A stretch of DNA of 64,000 bases, from contig JBFLYH010000002.1 of NCBI GenBank assembly GCA_040756875.1, forward strand, positions 382,526 to 446,525. The letters run 5' to 3'. The notes under the pieces were generated by a model. The model saw only the letters and a list, made by a program, of their open reading frames with translations. It was not told the DNA's origin and did no database searches. Each line of letters starts with the position of its first letter. Within the stretch, counting starts at the first letter, position 1. The position numbers and the translations under genes were made by a program. The DNA is from a candidate division FCPU426 bacterium (lineage in GTDB: Bacteria > Oederibacteriota > JAAXVQ01 > JAUVAV01). Below, piece by piece: positions 19,073 through 32,280 of the stretch.

Positions 19073-19280
19073 TAAATGCGTGCCTCCTTTAGAATGGACC
19101 TGCCTGGATTCCGCCGGTTCGGGCTGAACCCTTATATGTGCACGATGAACCTATTCGGGCCAAATGTCAACGCTTTCTTTCGCTTTTCGCACAACCGCCG
19201 GCGCGGTGTGCCGGTCAGGATTTGGTTTAAGCTCGGGTAAAACCGGAGAGCTATTGCACGATCGAGGGGCGGATTGCCGT

Positions 19281-19682
19281 TCATTTCCCCTTATAAATCG
19301 CCCCGACCACCAGTCCGCAGGCGGCGAACTCCACCAGGCCGCCCAGCACCCAGCCCACGGTCAATCCCAGGGGGATGGGGTAGACGACATACTGGCTCAA
19401 AATATGTGGGATCTGATAAAAGCAACCGGCAATCAGCCCAAAGCGCAGGCCTTCCATGAGTCCTTTGCCTTTATAGCCTTGGGCGAAGATGAACACGAAC
19501 AAAAAGGACATCAGCAGATAGGACAGCAGCATGATCCACATCAGCGACATCATGTTCGGACGCCAGAGTTGCTGCATGGCGCTATAGTACGGGGTAAGAA
19601 TCATGTTGTGCAAAGGATGGTCCAGGATCATGAGGGCCGCAAAAGCCGCCAGGCTGGCCCAAATCCAACGCTTGATGTTCAT
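19281..19682 (-). CDS. Four-TM membrane protein (DUF1761-like)
   Basis: Four hydrophobic segments, EGLRFG motif; AAGGAGG SD before the ATG at 19682. Confidence 0.6.
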   Translation of the reverse strand: MNIKRWIWASLAAFAALMILDHPLHNMILTPYYSAMQQLWRPNMMSLMWIMLLSYLLMSFLFVFIFAQGYKGKGLMEGLRFGLIAGCFYQIPHILSQYVVYPIPLGLTVGWVLGGLVEFAACGLVVGAIYKGK

Positions 19683-19796
19683 ACTGCCCTCCTTTTTATT
19701 TTGGATTGAGAAATGGTCCTCGTATCCAAATAGCACCTTATCTTAATCCCACTCATTTTTTTGGGCAAGGGATGAATGACAGGGGGAAAAGCGAAG

Positions 19797-20231
19797 TTAG
19801 CCGCGCGTGTGGGGTTTGCGGCGGCGCATGGTGTCCGCGACCCTGAGCCGGGCCAGGGCCTTGTGCAGGGAGATTTCAGCCTGGTCCAGGTCCTTGCCCC
19901 GCACGCCTTTTTTCATCTGAGCCACGGCCCGTTCCCGTTCCTTGCGGGCGGCCTCGATGTCAATATCCTCCGCGCGCTCGGCCGTATCGGCCAGGATCAG
20001 GGTTTTGCCGGGCATGATCTCGGCGAAGCCGCCGCCCAGGACGTACAGCGTCTCCTGGCCTTCGGCCTTGATTTTGAGCTGGCCAGGGCGCAGGGCCATG
20101 ACCATGGGCACGTGCCCGGCCAGCACGCCGAAACTGCCGTGCAGGCCCGGGCAGGTCACTTCCTCCACGGTCTGCGTGAGCATGTGCCGCTCCGGCGTCA
20201 CCAGTTCCAGTTGAAAGGTCTTGTCCGCCAT
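19797..20231 (-). CDS. atpC: ATP synthase F1 epsilon
   Basis: LELVTPER...GVLAGHVP...GGFAEI. Confidence 0.95.
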   Translation of the reverse strand: MADKTFQLELVTPERHMLTQTVEEVTCPGLHGSFGVLAGHVPMVMALRPGQLKIKAEGQETLYVLGGGFAEIMPGKTLILADTAERAEDIDIEAARKERERAVAQMKKGVRGKDLDQAEISLHKALARLRVADTMRRRKPHTRG

Positions 20232-20240
20232 AATCCGCCT

Positions 20241-21731
<1,491 letters not shown>

Positions 21732-21737
21732 TTAAAA

Positions 21738-22601
21738 CTACGCCATGACCGCCTCGGCGCTGCCCACCACTTCGGCGATCTCCCGGGTGATCATCGCCTG
21801 GCGCGCCCGGTTCATTTTCAAGGTCAAATCCCCGATCATCTCGCCCGCGTTGTCCGTGGCATTGTCCATGGCCTGCATGCGTGCGGCCTGTTCCGCGGCC
21901 TTGGATTCCAGCAGAGCGTGCCACAAAGACATTTTGACGTAACGCGGCAGCAGGGCCGCCAGGATTTCCGCCGCGTCGGGTTCGAATTCGAATTCCCGGT
22001 AGCGCCCCAGGGGCTGCGTATCCGCCGGCGGCAGGGGCAGCATCTGTTCGGAAACCGCTTCCTGCACCAGGGCGGATTTGAAACGGTTGTACACCAGCGT
22101 GACTTTGGACCAGCGGCCCGCGGCAAAGGCCTCGATCATTTCCTGGCCCACCAGGTTGGCGTGATGCCAGTTGAGGTCCTGCCAGAATCCGGCCCATTCC
22201 CTGAACGGCTTGACTCCCGTGCGCCGGAAAAAATCCACGCCTTTGCGGCCGAGGACCAGCACTTCGGGTAGCTTACCGGCCGGCGCTTCGGCCAGCACCC
22301 GCCCCACGCGCTGCAAGGGCTGGGCGTTGAAGCCTCCGCACAAACCCTTGTCCGAAGCCAGGACCACCCAGGCTTCAGGGGCCTGTTCGCAGACGCGCAG
22401 CAGGGGATGGCATTCGGCCGGGGCGTGCCCGGCCAGCTGGCGGATCATGTCGCAGAGCTTGGCAGCATAGGGCCTGGCTTCCAGCAGCTGCTGCTGGGCC
22501 TTGTGCAGGCGCGCGGACGCGACCATTTTCATGGCGCGGGTGATCTGCTGGATGTTTTTGACCCCTTTGACGCGGTCGCGCAACTCGCGAATGCCGGGCA
22601 T
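21738..22601 (-). CDS. atpG: ATP synthase F1 gamma
   Basis: ITRAMKMVA, DKGLCGGFN, ARMQAMDNATDNA, RQAMITREI. Confidence 0.97.
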   Translation of the reverse strand: MPGIRELRDRVKGVKNIQQITRAMKMVASARLHKAQQQLLEARPYAAKLCDMIRQLAGHAPAECHPLLRVCEQAPEAWVVLASDKGLCGGFNAQPLQRVGRVLAEAPAGKLPEVLVLGRKGVDFFRRTGVKPFREWAGFWQDLNWHHANLVGQEMIEAFAAGRWSKVTLVYNRFKSALVQEAVSEQMLPLPPADTQPLGRYREFEFEPDAAEILAALLPRYVKMSLWHALLESKAAEQAARMQAMDNATDNAGEMIGDLTLKMNRARQAMITREIAEVVGSAEAVMA

Positions 22602-22627
22602 GCTTGATAAACTCCTTCATCTCCGCT

Positions 22628-22717
22628 GTCATTGCGATGAGCCCCTCGGTTTCCAAGGGGCGACGAAGCAATCTTCATCACTGGATTGCTTCGTCCCTTG
22701 CAGGGACTCGCAATGAC
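22628..22717. repeat. GTCATTGCGA...CGCAATGAC palindromic REP-like element between atpA and atpG
   Basis: Nested arms gtcattgcga/tcgcaatgac and cgaagcaatc/gattgcttcg. Confidence 0.8.
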
Positions 22718-22752
22718 TGGCTAAGGTACAACCCTTCCACTTAGAACTCGGT

Positions 22753-24264
<1,512 letters not shown>

Positions 24265-24286
24265 GCGCGATACCTCTTCTTCGGGA

Positions 24287-24829
24287 TCAGTTTTCCGACA
24301 ACAGCGCCCGGCGCAACCGGTCGATGCGCGCCTCCAGGGTGCCGTCCAGCAGCCAATCGCCGATCTCCACGCGCGCGCCGGCGAGCAATTCCGTTTTCAC
24401 GACCTGCTGCAGCTCGATTTCGCGGCCGTGCAGTTCCGACAGCTTGGCCCGCAACTGGCCGAGCTGCGCGTCCGAAAGCGGAATCGCGGTGGTGACCGTG
24501 GCCACGCCGAGTTTGCGGGCCGCGAGCCACTCCTGGCGGTAGCCGGCCGCGATCGCGGGCAGCAGCGCGCTCCGCCGTTTTTCGACCAGCAGCTTCAGCA
24601 AGGAGCGCAGCAGCGGCGATCCCTGGCCCGCGGTCGCGGCGTCGATGGCTTCCAGCTTGCGGGACACGGGCAGGCGCGGATCCAGCAGCAGCCGCCGGCC
24701 GTCGCCCTGGCCGAACTGGCCGGCCGCCCACTCCAGTTCCTCCAGCAATTGCTCCGCCTGGCGCTGCTCCTGGGCCAGGCTCAGCGCGGCCTTGGCGTAC
24801 TTGGAGGCGATCACGGTTTCCTGGCTCAC
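24287..24829 (-). CDS. atpH: ATP synthase delta
   Basis: IASKYAKA...[10 protein letters not shown]...LLDGTL; position in the operon. Confidence 0.92.
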   Translation of the reverse strand: MSQETVIASKYAKAALSLAQEQRQAEQLLEELEWAAGQFGQGDGRRLLLDPRLPVSRKLEAIDAATAGQGSPLLRSLLKLLVEKRRSALLPAIAAGYRQEWLAARKLGVATVTTAIPLSDAQLGQLRAKLSELHGREIELQQVVKTELLAGARVEIGDWLLDGTLEARIDRLRRALLSEN

Positions 24830-25344
24830 GAGGCTCTCCGCTCCGGGGAGGAGGGCGGGGCGAGCTTCTCGACTTCGCCGATGAACTCCTCCAGCAGCCG
24901 GCGCTGGGCTTTCTGGTCCACGCCGTTTCCGATCAGGCGTTCGACCGCGGACAGCGACAGGTCCGCCACCTGGGAACGCAGTTCACGGATCACCTGCTCG
25001 CGCTCCCGGGCCAGATCCTGCTGGGCTTTCTCCAGGATCCGCTGGGCTTCCTGCCGCGCGGTGGCCAGGATTTCCTCTTTGGCCAGGTTGCCTTTCTGCA
25101 CCGCGTCCTTGATTTCCTTGCGGGCCTGCTCCTCGATGGCCGACATCCGGCGCCGGTAGTCCGCCTCCAGGGCTTCGATTTCCCGCCGCCCGGACTCCGC
25201 CCGCTCCAGGTCCGAGGAGATTTTCTCGGTCCGCTCTTTCATGGTGCGGGTCAGGGGGCCCCAGAACAGGCGCCAAATGACCACCATGGCCGCGAGGAAC
25301 GTGACCACCTGGGTGATAAGTAAGGGCCAGCTGATTTCAATCAT
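24826..25344 (-). CDS. atpF: ATP synthase Fo b
   Basis: N-terminal TM, WGPL...ERTEKI, coiled coil. Confidence 0.92.
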   Translation of the reverse strand: MIEISWPLLITQVVTFLAAMVVIWRLFWGPLTRTMKERTEKISSDLERAESGRREIEALEADYRRRMSAIEEQARKEIKDAVQKGNLAKEEILATARQEAQRILEKAQQDLAREREQVIRELRSQVADLSLSAVERLIGNGVDQKAQRRLLEEFIGEVEKLAPPSSPERRAS

Positions 25345-25363
25345 GCCCGTGGCTCCTTGCCGG

Positions 25364-25807
<444 letters not shown>

Positions 25808-25814
25808 TCATCCT

Positions 25815-26537
25815 TCAATGCCCTTCGTGGGTTTGCACCGCTCCTCCGATATACACCATGGCCAGGATCATGAACACAAACGCCTGGATGATGCTGACCA
25901 GGATGCCCAGCAGGATGATCAGCGGGCGCAGCACCACCGGCACCAGGGTCAGCGTCTCCTGGATCAGGTTGCCCGACGGCAGGAAAATGATCACCAGGAG
26001 CGCCAGCACGCCCAGCAGGATTTCCTTGGCCAGGATGTTGCCGAAAAGGCGGAAAGACAGGGACAGGGGCCGGGCCAGCTCGCTGATCAGTTCGATCAGC
26101 AGCATGAACGGCTTGAGCCACACCGGAACCGGCCCGAACCAGTGCCGGATATAGCCCCACAAGCCCCGCTCCCTGATTCCGAAATAGTGCGTGGAGAAAA
26201 ACACCACCAAGGCCAGCCCCACGGTGGTGGAGAGCCGGCTGGTGCTGGAAAACAGGCCGGGAATCAGGCCCATGAGGTTGGAGACCAGGATGAAGAAAAA
26301 GAGCATGGAGAAGAGCGGATAATAGCGGTGCGCGGTGGGGCCGACCATGTCGTCGGCAAACTGGTAGATGATGCCCAGGATCCATTCCAGAAAACCCTGC
26401 CAGCCCCGGGGCACGGCCTGCAGGCGGCGGGTGGCTGCCCAGGACACCAGGCCGATGACCGCAACCGCGGCCAAGCTCATGAGGATGCTGGCGTCGAACG
26501 GCAGATGATACTCGACGGACTCCGGAATCGCGCTCAC
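25815..26537 (-). CDS. atpB: ATP synthase Fo a
   Basis: SNLMGLIP, RPLSLSFRLFGN, IQAFVF. Confidence 0.96.
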   Translation of the reverse strand: MSAIPESVEYHLPFDASILMSLAAVAVIGLVSWAATRRLQAVPRGWQGFLEWILGIIYQFADDMVGPTAHRYYPLFSMLFFFILVSNLMGLIPGLFSSTSRLSTTVGLALVVFFSTHYFGIRERGLWGYIRHWFGPVPVWLKPFMLLIELISELARPLSLSFRLFGNILAKEILLGVLALLVIIFLPSGNLIQETLTLVPVVLRPLIILLGILVSIIQAFVFMILAMVYIGGAVQTHEGH

Positions 26538-26562
26538 GGTTTGGAACCCTCGATTCAGTCGC

Positions 26563-26910
26563 TTAACCGGCGACGGCCATGGCGCGGAACACGGCGGCCG
26601 GCAGCTGCACCAGGGTGTAGCCTGCGACTACCGCCCAAATCTCCACTGCCGGCCATTTGAGGGCCAAAAACAGCACAACCGCCAGCAGTGCGAAACGAAT
26701 CCCGCTATGCCACCACCAGTATCGGCGAAGGCGCTTTGGATCTTGAGCCAATCCCCGGCGAAGGCTCAGGCCGATCCAAAGGTAACTCATCGCTCCCAGG
26801 GCTTCCCCCACCAGCAGGCCCAAGGCCCAGCGCGGTTCCCGCGCCGCCCAGCACGCCAGGGGCGACAGCCCGATCAATGAGAGCCAAACGATTGCGGCCG
26901 GGCGTTTCAC
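26563..26910 (-). CDS. atpI: ATP synthase protein I
   Basis: Four-TM protein directly upstream of atpB. Confidence 0.7.
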   Translation of the reverse strand: MKRPAAIVWLSLIGLSPLACWAAREPRWALGLLVGEALGAMSYLWIGLSLRRGLAQDPKRLRRYWWWHSGIRFALLAVVLFLALKWPAVEIWAVVAGYTLVQLPAAVFRAMAVAG

Positions 26911-27143
26911 CGGCCCGTGCGGCCGCGGTCCGACCGCAGACTCGTAAAAATGCGGATGACATTGTAATAGCCCGCCACGATGCCAAGCACCATGAATCCC
27001 AGTGTAAGCCAGGGACCGCTGGCGAGCCAGCGGTCCAACAGCACCCCGATGCCCGTTCCCACGAAGATGCAGGCTGCCAGCATGACGCCGGCCAGACTGG
27101 CCTGGCCCAGGGTTCTAAAAGGGTTGTCGGCTGGGAGCGGCAT
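26907..27143 (-). CDS. atpZ: AtpZ/AtpI family protein
   Basis: GTGIGVLLDRWL..GPW...LGIVAGYYNV; start placed at MPLPADNPF. Confidence 0.8.
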   Translation of the reverse strand: MPLPADNPFRTLGQASLAGVMLAACIFVGTGIGVLLDRWLASGPWLTLGFMVLGIVAGYYNVIRIFTSLRSDRGRTGR

Positions 27144-27148
27144 CCCGC

Positions 27149-27622
27149 TTAGCGGTTGAAATCGGCGGGTTTCAAATCTTGGAAAAACTTTTTGAACTCG
27201 ATCTTTTCCTTTTCGTATTTGGACTTGTCGGTGATGCTGGCCTCCACGATTACCTTTTCGGACACGAAGATCGGGCATTCGGCCCGCAGGCCGAGCGCGA
27301 TGGCGTCCGAAGGCCGGGCGTCGATTTCCCATTCCTCCTCGCCGCGCGTCAGGGAAATGCGGGCGTAAAAGGTGTTGTTCTGGATGTTGTGGATCAGGAT
27401 GCGCTCGATGGTCACGCCCAGGGTTTCCAGCACCGACTTCAGCAAATCGTGGGTCATGGGGCGGGGCACGTTGATCTTTTCGAGCGCGATCAAAATGGCG
27501 TCCGCCTCGTAGATCCCGATCCAGATGGGCAGATAGCGCTTTTCTTCCGGATCCGTCAGGATCACGACCGGTATTTTGGAATTGGCGTCCACAGCCAATC
27601 CTTTGACCTTCATCTCAACCAT
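27149..27622 (-). CDS. Bifunctional nuclease family protein (DUF151)
   Basis: LPIWIG..EA, PRPMTHDL, IDARPSDAIAL. Confidence 0.92.
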   Translation of the reverse strand: MVEMKVKGLAVDANSKIPVVILTDPEEKRYLPIWIGIYEADAILIALEKINVPRPMTHDLLKSVLETLGVTIERILIHNIQNNTFYARISLTRGEEEWEIDARPSDAIALGLRAECPIFVSEKVIVEASITDKSKYEKEKIEFKKFFQDLKPADFNR

Positions 27623-27754
27623 ACGTCATTCCTCCTGCCGGGCGCGGACCTGCGCCCAACCGGATGTGGATTATACTAAAACCCATTTGGCCCCACAAGC
27701 TGAAAAAACCCCGGGAAGCCTGTCTTTCATTCTCGGCAGCCCCTGGGGCCCGGT

Positions 27755-28324
27755 TTAGCGGCTCTTCGCCCCGCCCTCGCTGAAAACCAGGGCGGTGAAA
27801 ACGTACAGCTCGGTTTCCGGGTCCTGCCAGGCGTCCTCCGCCAGGCCGGCCTTGCCGCTGCACAGCTCGGATAAAAACGTCGGCAGGTCCCAGCCGGTTT
27901 CCACGGCCACCTGGGGGAGAAAAACCCCTGTCCGCCGGCCGCGCCGCACCAGCACCCCGTCCTGGCCGAGCCGGATCTGTTCCGGACGCTGTACGCGGCT
28001 GAGCGGCGAGAGCACGGAGATTTCTATTTCCAATCCGGACACTTCCTCCGGCCGCAGCGGCGGAAACCGGGGATCTTCCATCGCGGCCGCGGCCGCCATG
28101 TCCGCAATGGTTTCGGGCAGCGGCCGGTCGCTGCTCATCCGGCCGATGCAGCCCCGCAGCCGGCCGCGGTGGTGCAGGGTGACGAACGCGCCCAAAGGCT
28201 CCTGCAGTTCCGGCGGCCACCCGGCCGCGTTCACGGCCGGAAGCGGGGTCCGCGCCGCGGCCGCGGTTGCGGCCTGCCGCGCCAGGGCCAACAGCTTTTC
28301 CCGCCATTCAGCCGCTATTTCCAC
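27755..28324 (-). CDS. amrA: AmmeMemoRadiSam system protein A (AMMECR1 domain)
   Basis: GAFVTL...LRGCIG...DPRF...EISVLS...FLPQV. Confidence 0.9.
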   Translation of the reverse strand: MEIAAEWREKLLALARQAATAAAARTPLPAVNAAGWPPELQEPLGAFVTLHHRGRLRGCIGRMSSDRPLPETIADMAAAAAMEDPRFPPLRPEEVSGLEIEISVLSPLSRVQRPEQIRLGQDGVLVRRGRRTGVFLPQVAVETGWDLPTFLSELCSGKAGLAEDAWQDPETELYVFTALVFSEGGAKSR

Positions 28325-28334
28325 GGGAACGGCC

Positions 28335-28946
28335 TCAGCGGATTTCGTAATGGGGGTAAAACTGCTGGGCCAGCTGCTCGCCCAAACCCCGGATCACGGC
28401 CTGGATCATTTCGTGATCGGTCATGGCGTTGTACGGCGCCAGGCCGTCCGGCTGCTGGGTGAAGCTGGAGTATTCGCTTTTGGCCCGCTTGGCCCAGAGG
28501 ATGCGTCCGGTGGTCACGTCCACGAAACGCATGGTGGCCGTGCCGGTCGCCACGCGCTGGGGGGAAAGGGGCGTGGGCTGGATGTCGCCAATGGACACGG
28601 CCACGCTGCCGGTCACAATGGCTTTCACGCCCAGCAGCTTGCCCACGCTCACCGCCGAATCCACGCTGATATAGCCGCTTCTCACCAATTGCTGTTCCTG
28701 CAACAGATCGTCGATCTTTCCGCGTTCCACCAGTTCCACGTTCGGCGCCTTCTCCAGGACAGCCACCATGATTTCGTCCGCCAGCTCGTGGCCGATGGTG
28801 GACAGGAAGCTGTCCGTCTCGAACGGCAGTATCGCGATCCGGTTGTATGCGCTCATGTCCGCCTGGGGTTGCACCAGAACCCGCTGGCCGCACCCGGCCA
28901 GGATCAGCAGTCCGGCCCCCAAGAGCGTCCTACACCACCTTTGCAT
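28335..28946 (-). CDS. CsgG/HfaB-like lipoprotein
   Basis: Lipobox LAGC; VELVERGKIDDLLQEQQL...VGKLLGVKAIVTGSV...VDVTTGRILW. Confidence 0.75.
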   Translation of the reverse strand: MQRWCRTLLGAGLLILAGCGQRVLVQPQADMSAYNRIAILPFETDSFLSTIGHELADEIMVAVLEKAPNVELVERGKIDDLLQEQQLVRSGYISVDSAVSVGKLLGVKAIVTGSVAVSIGDIQPTPLSPQRVATGTATMRFVDVTTGRILWAKRAKSEYSSFTQQPDGLAPYNAMTDHEMIQAVIRGLGEQLAQQFYPHYEIR

Positions 28947-29005
28947 GCCGCACCTCAATGTTGATTCAGCTCTCACCCAAAGTATAGACCCCGGATTCCG
29001 GCGCG

Positions 29006-29770
29006 TCAATCACTCAAGCGCAAGGTCAGGCCGTCGTAGGCCAGCCGCATGCCCGGCGGCAGGGTCCGTTCGGTGTCTGCATGCCCCAGACGGTGGCACA
29101 AATGGGTGAAATACGTTTTGCGCGCGCCGATGCGCCGGGCCTCGGCCACGGCCCGGTCCAGGTGGAAGTGGGTATTGTGCGGTTCGCGCCGCAGGGCGTC
29201 GAGCACCAGCACGGACAGGCCGCGCAGGGCCGGATAAACGGATTCGGGAATGCGGGACACGTCCGTCAGATAGGCCAGGTTGCCGATGCGGTAGCCGAAC
29301 ACCCGCACTTTTCCGTGCCACACCGCGAGCGGCCGCACGCGCACGCCCTGGACCGCAAACGGCGCGGACACGGCCCGCAAGGACAGGCGCGGTTTGCCCC
29401 CGCCCTCCTGGGTCGGCCGGAAAACGTACCCGAAGCGTTCGCGCACCTGGCGCAGGGCCGAAGCCGGTCCGTACACCGGGAATGCGCGCTGCTCCCGCTC
29501 CGAGAAAATGCGCACGTCATCCAGTCCGCTGATGTGGTCCGCATGGGCGTGCGTCAGCAGCAGGGCGTCCACGCGGTCCACCCGGCTGCGCACGAGCTGC
29601 AGGCGCAGCTCCGGCGGCGCGTCCACCAGCAGGGTGGCCCGGCGGCTTCGCACCAGAAGCGCGGTCCGGCCGCGCTGGTCGCGCGGGTCTTTGGAAGCGC
29701 AGACCGCGCAGCGGCAGCCGATGACCGGGATGCCGTGGCTGGTGCCTGTGCCCAAGAAAGTGACCTGCAT
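29006..29770 (-). CDS. phnP: MBL-fold phosphodiesterase (PhnP-like)
   Basis: FLGTGTSHGIPVIGC.C.VC, THAHADH, YLTD, LAYDG. Confidence 0.88.
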   Translation of the reverse strand: MQVTFLGTGTSHGIPVIGCRCAVCASKDPRDQRGRTALLVRSRRATLLVDAPPELRLQLVRSRVDRVDALLLTHAHADHISGLDDVRIFSEREQRAFPVYGPASALRQVRERFGYVFRPTQEGGGKPRLSLRAVSAPFAVQGVRVRPLAVWHGKVRVFGYRIGNLAYLTDVSRIPESVYPALRGLSVLVLDALRREPHNTHFHLDRAVAEARRIGARKTYFTHLCHRLGHADTERTLPPGMRLAYDGLTLRLSD

Positions 29771-29944
29771 AGGATTCCACCATCCAAAACCAATATCGAT
29801 CCCCTCAAGGGAGGGGAATATTTTTAATTAATTCCCGGGGTCGCCAGACCAAATTTTTCTCGGGGAGAGGTTACGCTAGTAATCTATAGCACAAATGCCT
29901 GTCTTGCGATATGATTACTTTTCGATCACGGTTTAGGAGCCTGC

Positions 29945-31501
29945 ATGCGCCGTTTTGCCTTTCTGATCCCCGCCCTGCTGCTGCCTCTTCCGGCCCTGGC
30001 CACGGACCTGACCACAGTGCTCAACCCCGGGTTCATCAAGCTGGAAGCGGACGTGGATTACAACCTCCTCAGCCTCCTGCGCCCCACGGCTTCCCGCGAG
30101 ACCCGTTTCGAGCAAACCCAGTATATTTACCCGTTGCGGGCCCACTACGGCCTGGCCCAGGGCGTGGAACTGGCCTTCACCCTGCCCCTGTCCGCGCGCA
30201 TTCTGTCCAGTTCTTCAGAGCAAAGCCTCGTGGACCGGGCCTGGCAGGGCGTGGGCGACCTGGAGGGCGGAACCAAATTCAAGTTCCTGTCCGACACCAT
30301 GGACACGCCGGCAATTTTCGTGGAAAGCCTGCTGAAAATCCCGACCGGGCATTCGCGCTTCCGCGACTATGTGCGCGCCCTGGACGACCCGGCTTTTCCG
30401 ATCTCCGGCACGGACACGGCCACCTACGACCTCATTCTCAAGGGCATTTTCAGCCTGTTCCTCGATCCCATGGAAATGTTTCTTCAGCTCCGCATCGACG
30501 TGCGCGGCGCGGACGACTTCCGCCAGGCCGGCCGGCACGAGCACATCGATTACGGCAATGTCGTCTCCCTCTCCGGCGGCGTGGAGTGGGATCTTCTCGA
30601 CACCCTGACCCTGGCCCTGCAGGCAGCCGAGATTTCAACCGAGGCCTCGGTGTGGCTGCGGGACGGCCAGAACGCCCTGGCCCTGGCCCCGGACTCCTCA
30701 CTGCTCATGGCCGCGGCCCGGACCCAGGCCGGCGTGTCGCTGGGCAACACCACGGAACTGTACGTGGGCCCGGCCCTGACCTGGACTTTCCTGCCGTCCA
30801 CTTCGCTCACAGCCTCTGTGCAGCTGGGGCTGACGCCGGATTCCAGCGCCGTGCGGGCCACGGCCGGATTCGCGACCGCTTTTCCGGTGGGCGCGCTGTT
30901 CGATTTCCGGCGCGGGTTCCCGCTCCTGCCCAGGCGCGAACCGCCGGCCAGCCCGGCGATCGCGGACCTGCCCGGGCCCGTGGCGGTCGAGGAAGCGCCC
31001 GAGGAGGGCAACCGCCGGCGTTTCTTCAAACGTCACCAGGACCGCGCGCAGCAGGCCCGGGAACAGGGGAACCTCAGCCTGGCCATCAGCGAACTCAAAC
31101 GGATTTTGTTGGAGTATCCGGACGACGCGGCCACGCTCGCGGCTGTGAACGAGTTGCGCGCCGAGCTGGACGCGGCCGTCCAGCCGCACGCCGAAACCGC
31201 GGCCCTGGCCCTGCGCCAGAACCACCTGCTGGGAGCGGTCCGTTCCTGGCGCGAAATCCTGCGCCTGGACCCGGGCAATGCCGCGGCACTGGGCATGCTG
31301 CGCGATTACGACCAGGCCATCCGCGACGAGGCGCGCGCCCTGTACCTGCAGGGGCTGGACGCCTACGTCAAGGCGGACTACGACCAGGCTGTCAGCCTGT
31401 GGCAGCAGGCCCAGGTGTTCGACCCGGCCAGCCCGAAACTGCGTGATTCCATCAATCAGACGCGCCGCAAGCAGCAACAATTGGAGCGGATCGCCCCATG
31501 A
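29945..31501 (+). CDS. Outer-membrane barrel-like N-terminal domain + C-terminal TPR protein
   Basis: Signal peptide, GVGDL..GTKF and LKIPTG barrel motifs, TPR helices (W..IL.LDP.N). Confidence 0.6.
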   Translation: MRRFAFLIPALLLPLPALATDLTTVLNPGFIKLEADVDYNLLSLLRPTASRETRFEQTQYIYPLRAHYGLAQGVELAFTLPLSARILSSSSEQSLVDRAWQGVGDLEGGTKFKFLSDTMDTPAIFVESLLKIPTGHSRFRDYVRALDDPAFPISGTDTATYDLILKGIFSLFLDPMEMFLQLRIDVRGADDFRQAGRHEHIDYGNVVSLSGGVEWDLLDTLTLALQAAEISTEASVWLRDGQNALALAPDSSLLMAAARTQAGVSLGNTTELYVGPALTWTFLPSTSLTASVQLGLTPDSSAVRATAGFATAFPVGALFDFRRGFPLLPRREPPASPAIADLPGPVAVEEAPEEGNRRRFFKRHQDRAQQAREQGNLSLAISELKRILLEYPDDAATLAAVNELRAELDAAVQPHAETAALALRQNHLLGAVRSWREILRLDPGNAAALGMLRDYDQAIRDEARALYLQGLDAYVKADYDQAVSLWQQAQVFDPASPKLRDSINQTRRKQQQLERIAP

Positions 31502-32280
31502 GCGCCCTGCTGCGGACATGGCGGGTGTCGGGGCTGCTGGCAGCCGTCCTTTTGCTGGCCGCCGCGGGTCCGGCCCGGGCTGAATCCACCTGGTGGTCCA
31601 ACAGCCTCGAAATCGGCGGCCAGGTGTTGAGTTCGCCCGTGGAAGGAAGCTGGGAAGGCTATGCCCTGGCCGCGGGCTGCGGCGGGCTGTTCGCGGCCGG
31701 CCTGCTGCACGAACGCGAATGGTACCGCGGCGTGCAGGGCGCGCGCGATCCCTGGCAGGACAAGATCATGCCGCCCCTGACCCTGCTGGGCGACGGCTTG
31801 GTGCACGTGGGTGCCTATGCCGCGCTCTATCAATTCGGCGATTCTTACGACCAGTCCGTGGCGGCCATGGCCATCGAAGGCCAGATCAACGTGGCCGTGC
31901 TTTCGACCCTGCTTAAGCTGACGTTCACGGCCGAGCGGCCGGGCGCCCAGGCCGAACCGCGCGATTGGTTCACCCTGAGCCTCCGCAACCTCAGCTTCCC
32001 CTCCGGACACAGCATGACCGCGTTCTGCGCGGCCGCGATTTTCGGCGACGCCTACCACCTGGAATGGCTCACGTTTCCCCTGGCCGCCGCCGTGGCGTAT
32101 TCCCGCGTTTACAACGAGGACCACTGGCCCGCGGACGTCATTGCCGGCGCGGGCCTGGGCGTGCTTGTCGGGTATACGGTCCGCGCGTTCCACGCCCGCG
32201 AAGGCTCGGAACCGGGCGTGCGCTTCAGCGTGCTGCCCGGGCCGGACGGCGCGAAGGTGGTGCTCACATGCGCGTTCTGA
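31498..32280 (+). CDS. PAP2 family phosphatase
   Basis: K...ERP, SFPSGH, SRVYNEDHWPADV. Confidence 0.88.
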   Translation: MSALLRTWRVSGLLAAVLLLAAAGPARAESTWWSNSLEIGGQVLSSPVEGSWEGYALAAGCGGLFAAGLLHEREWYRGVQGARDPWQDKIMPPLTLLGDGLVHVGAYAALYQFGDSYDQSVAAMAIEGQINVAVLSTLLKLTFTAERPGAQAEPRDWFTLSLRNLSFPSGHSMTAFCAAAIFGDAYHLEWLTFPLAAAVAYSRVYNEDHWPADVIAGAGLGVLVGYTVRAFHAREGSEPGVRFSVLPGPDGAKVVLTCAF

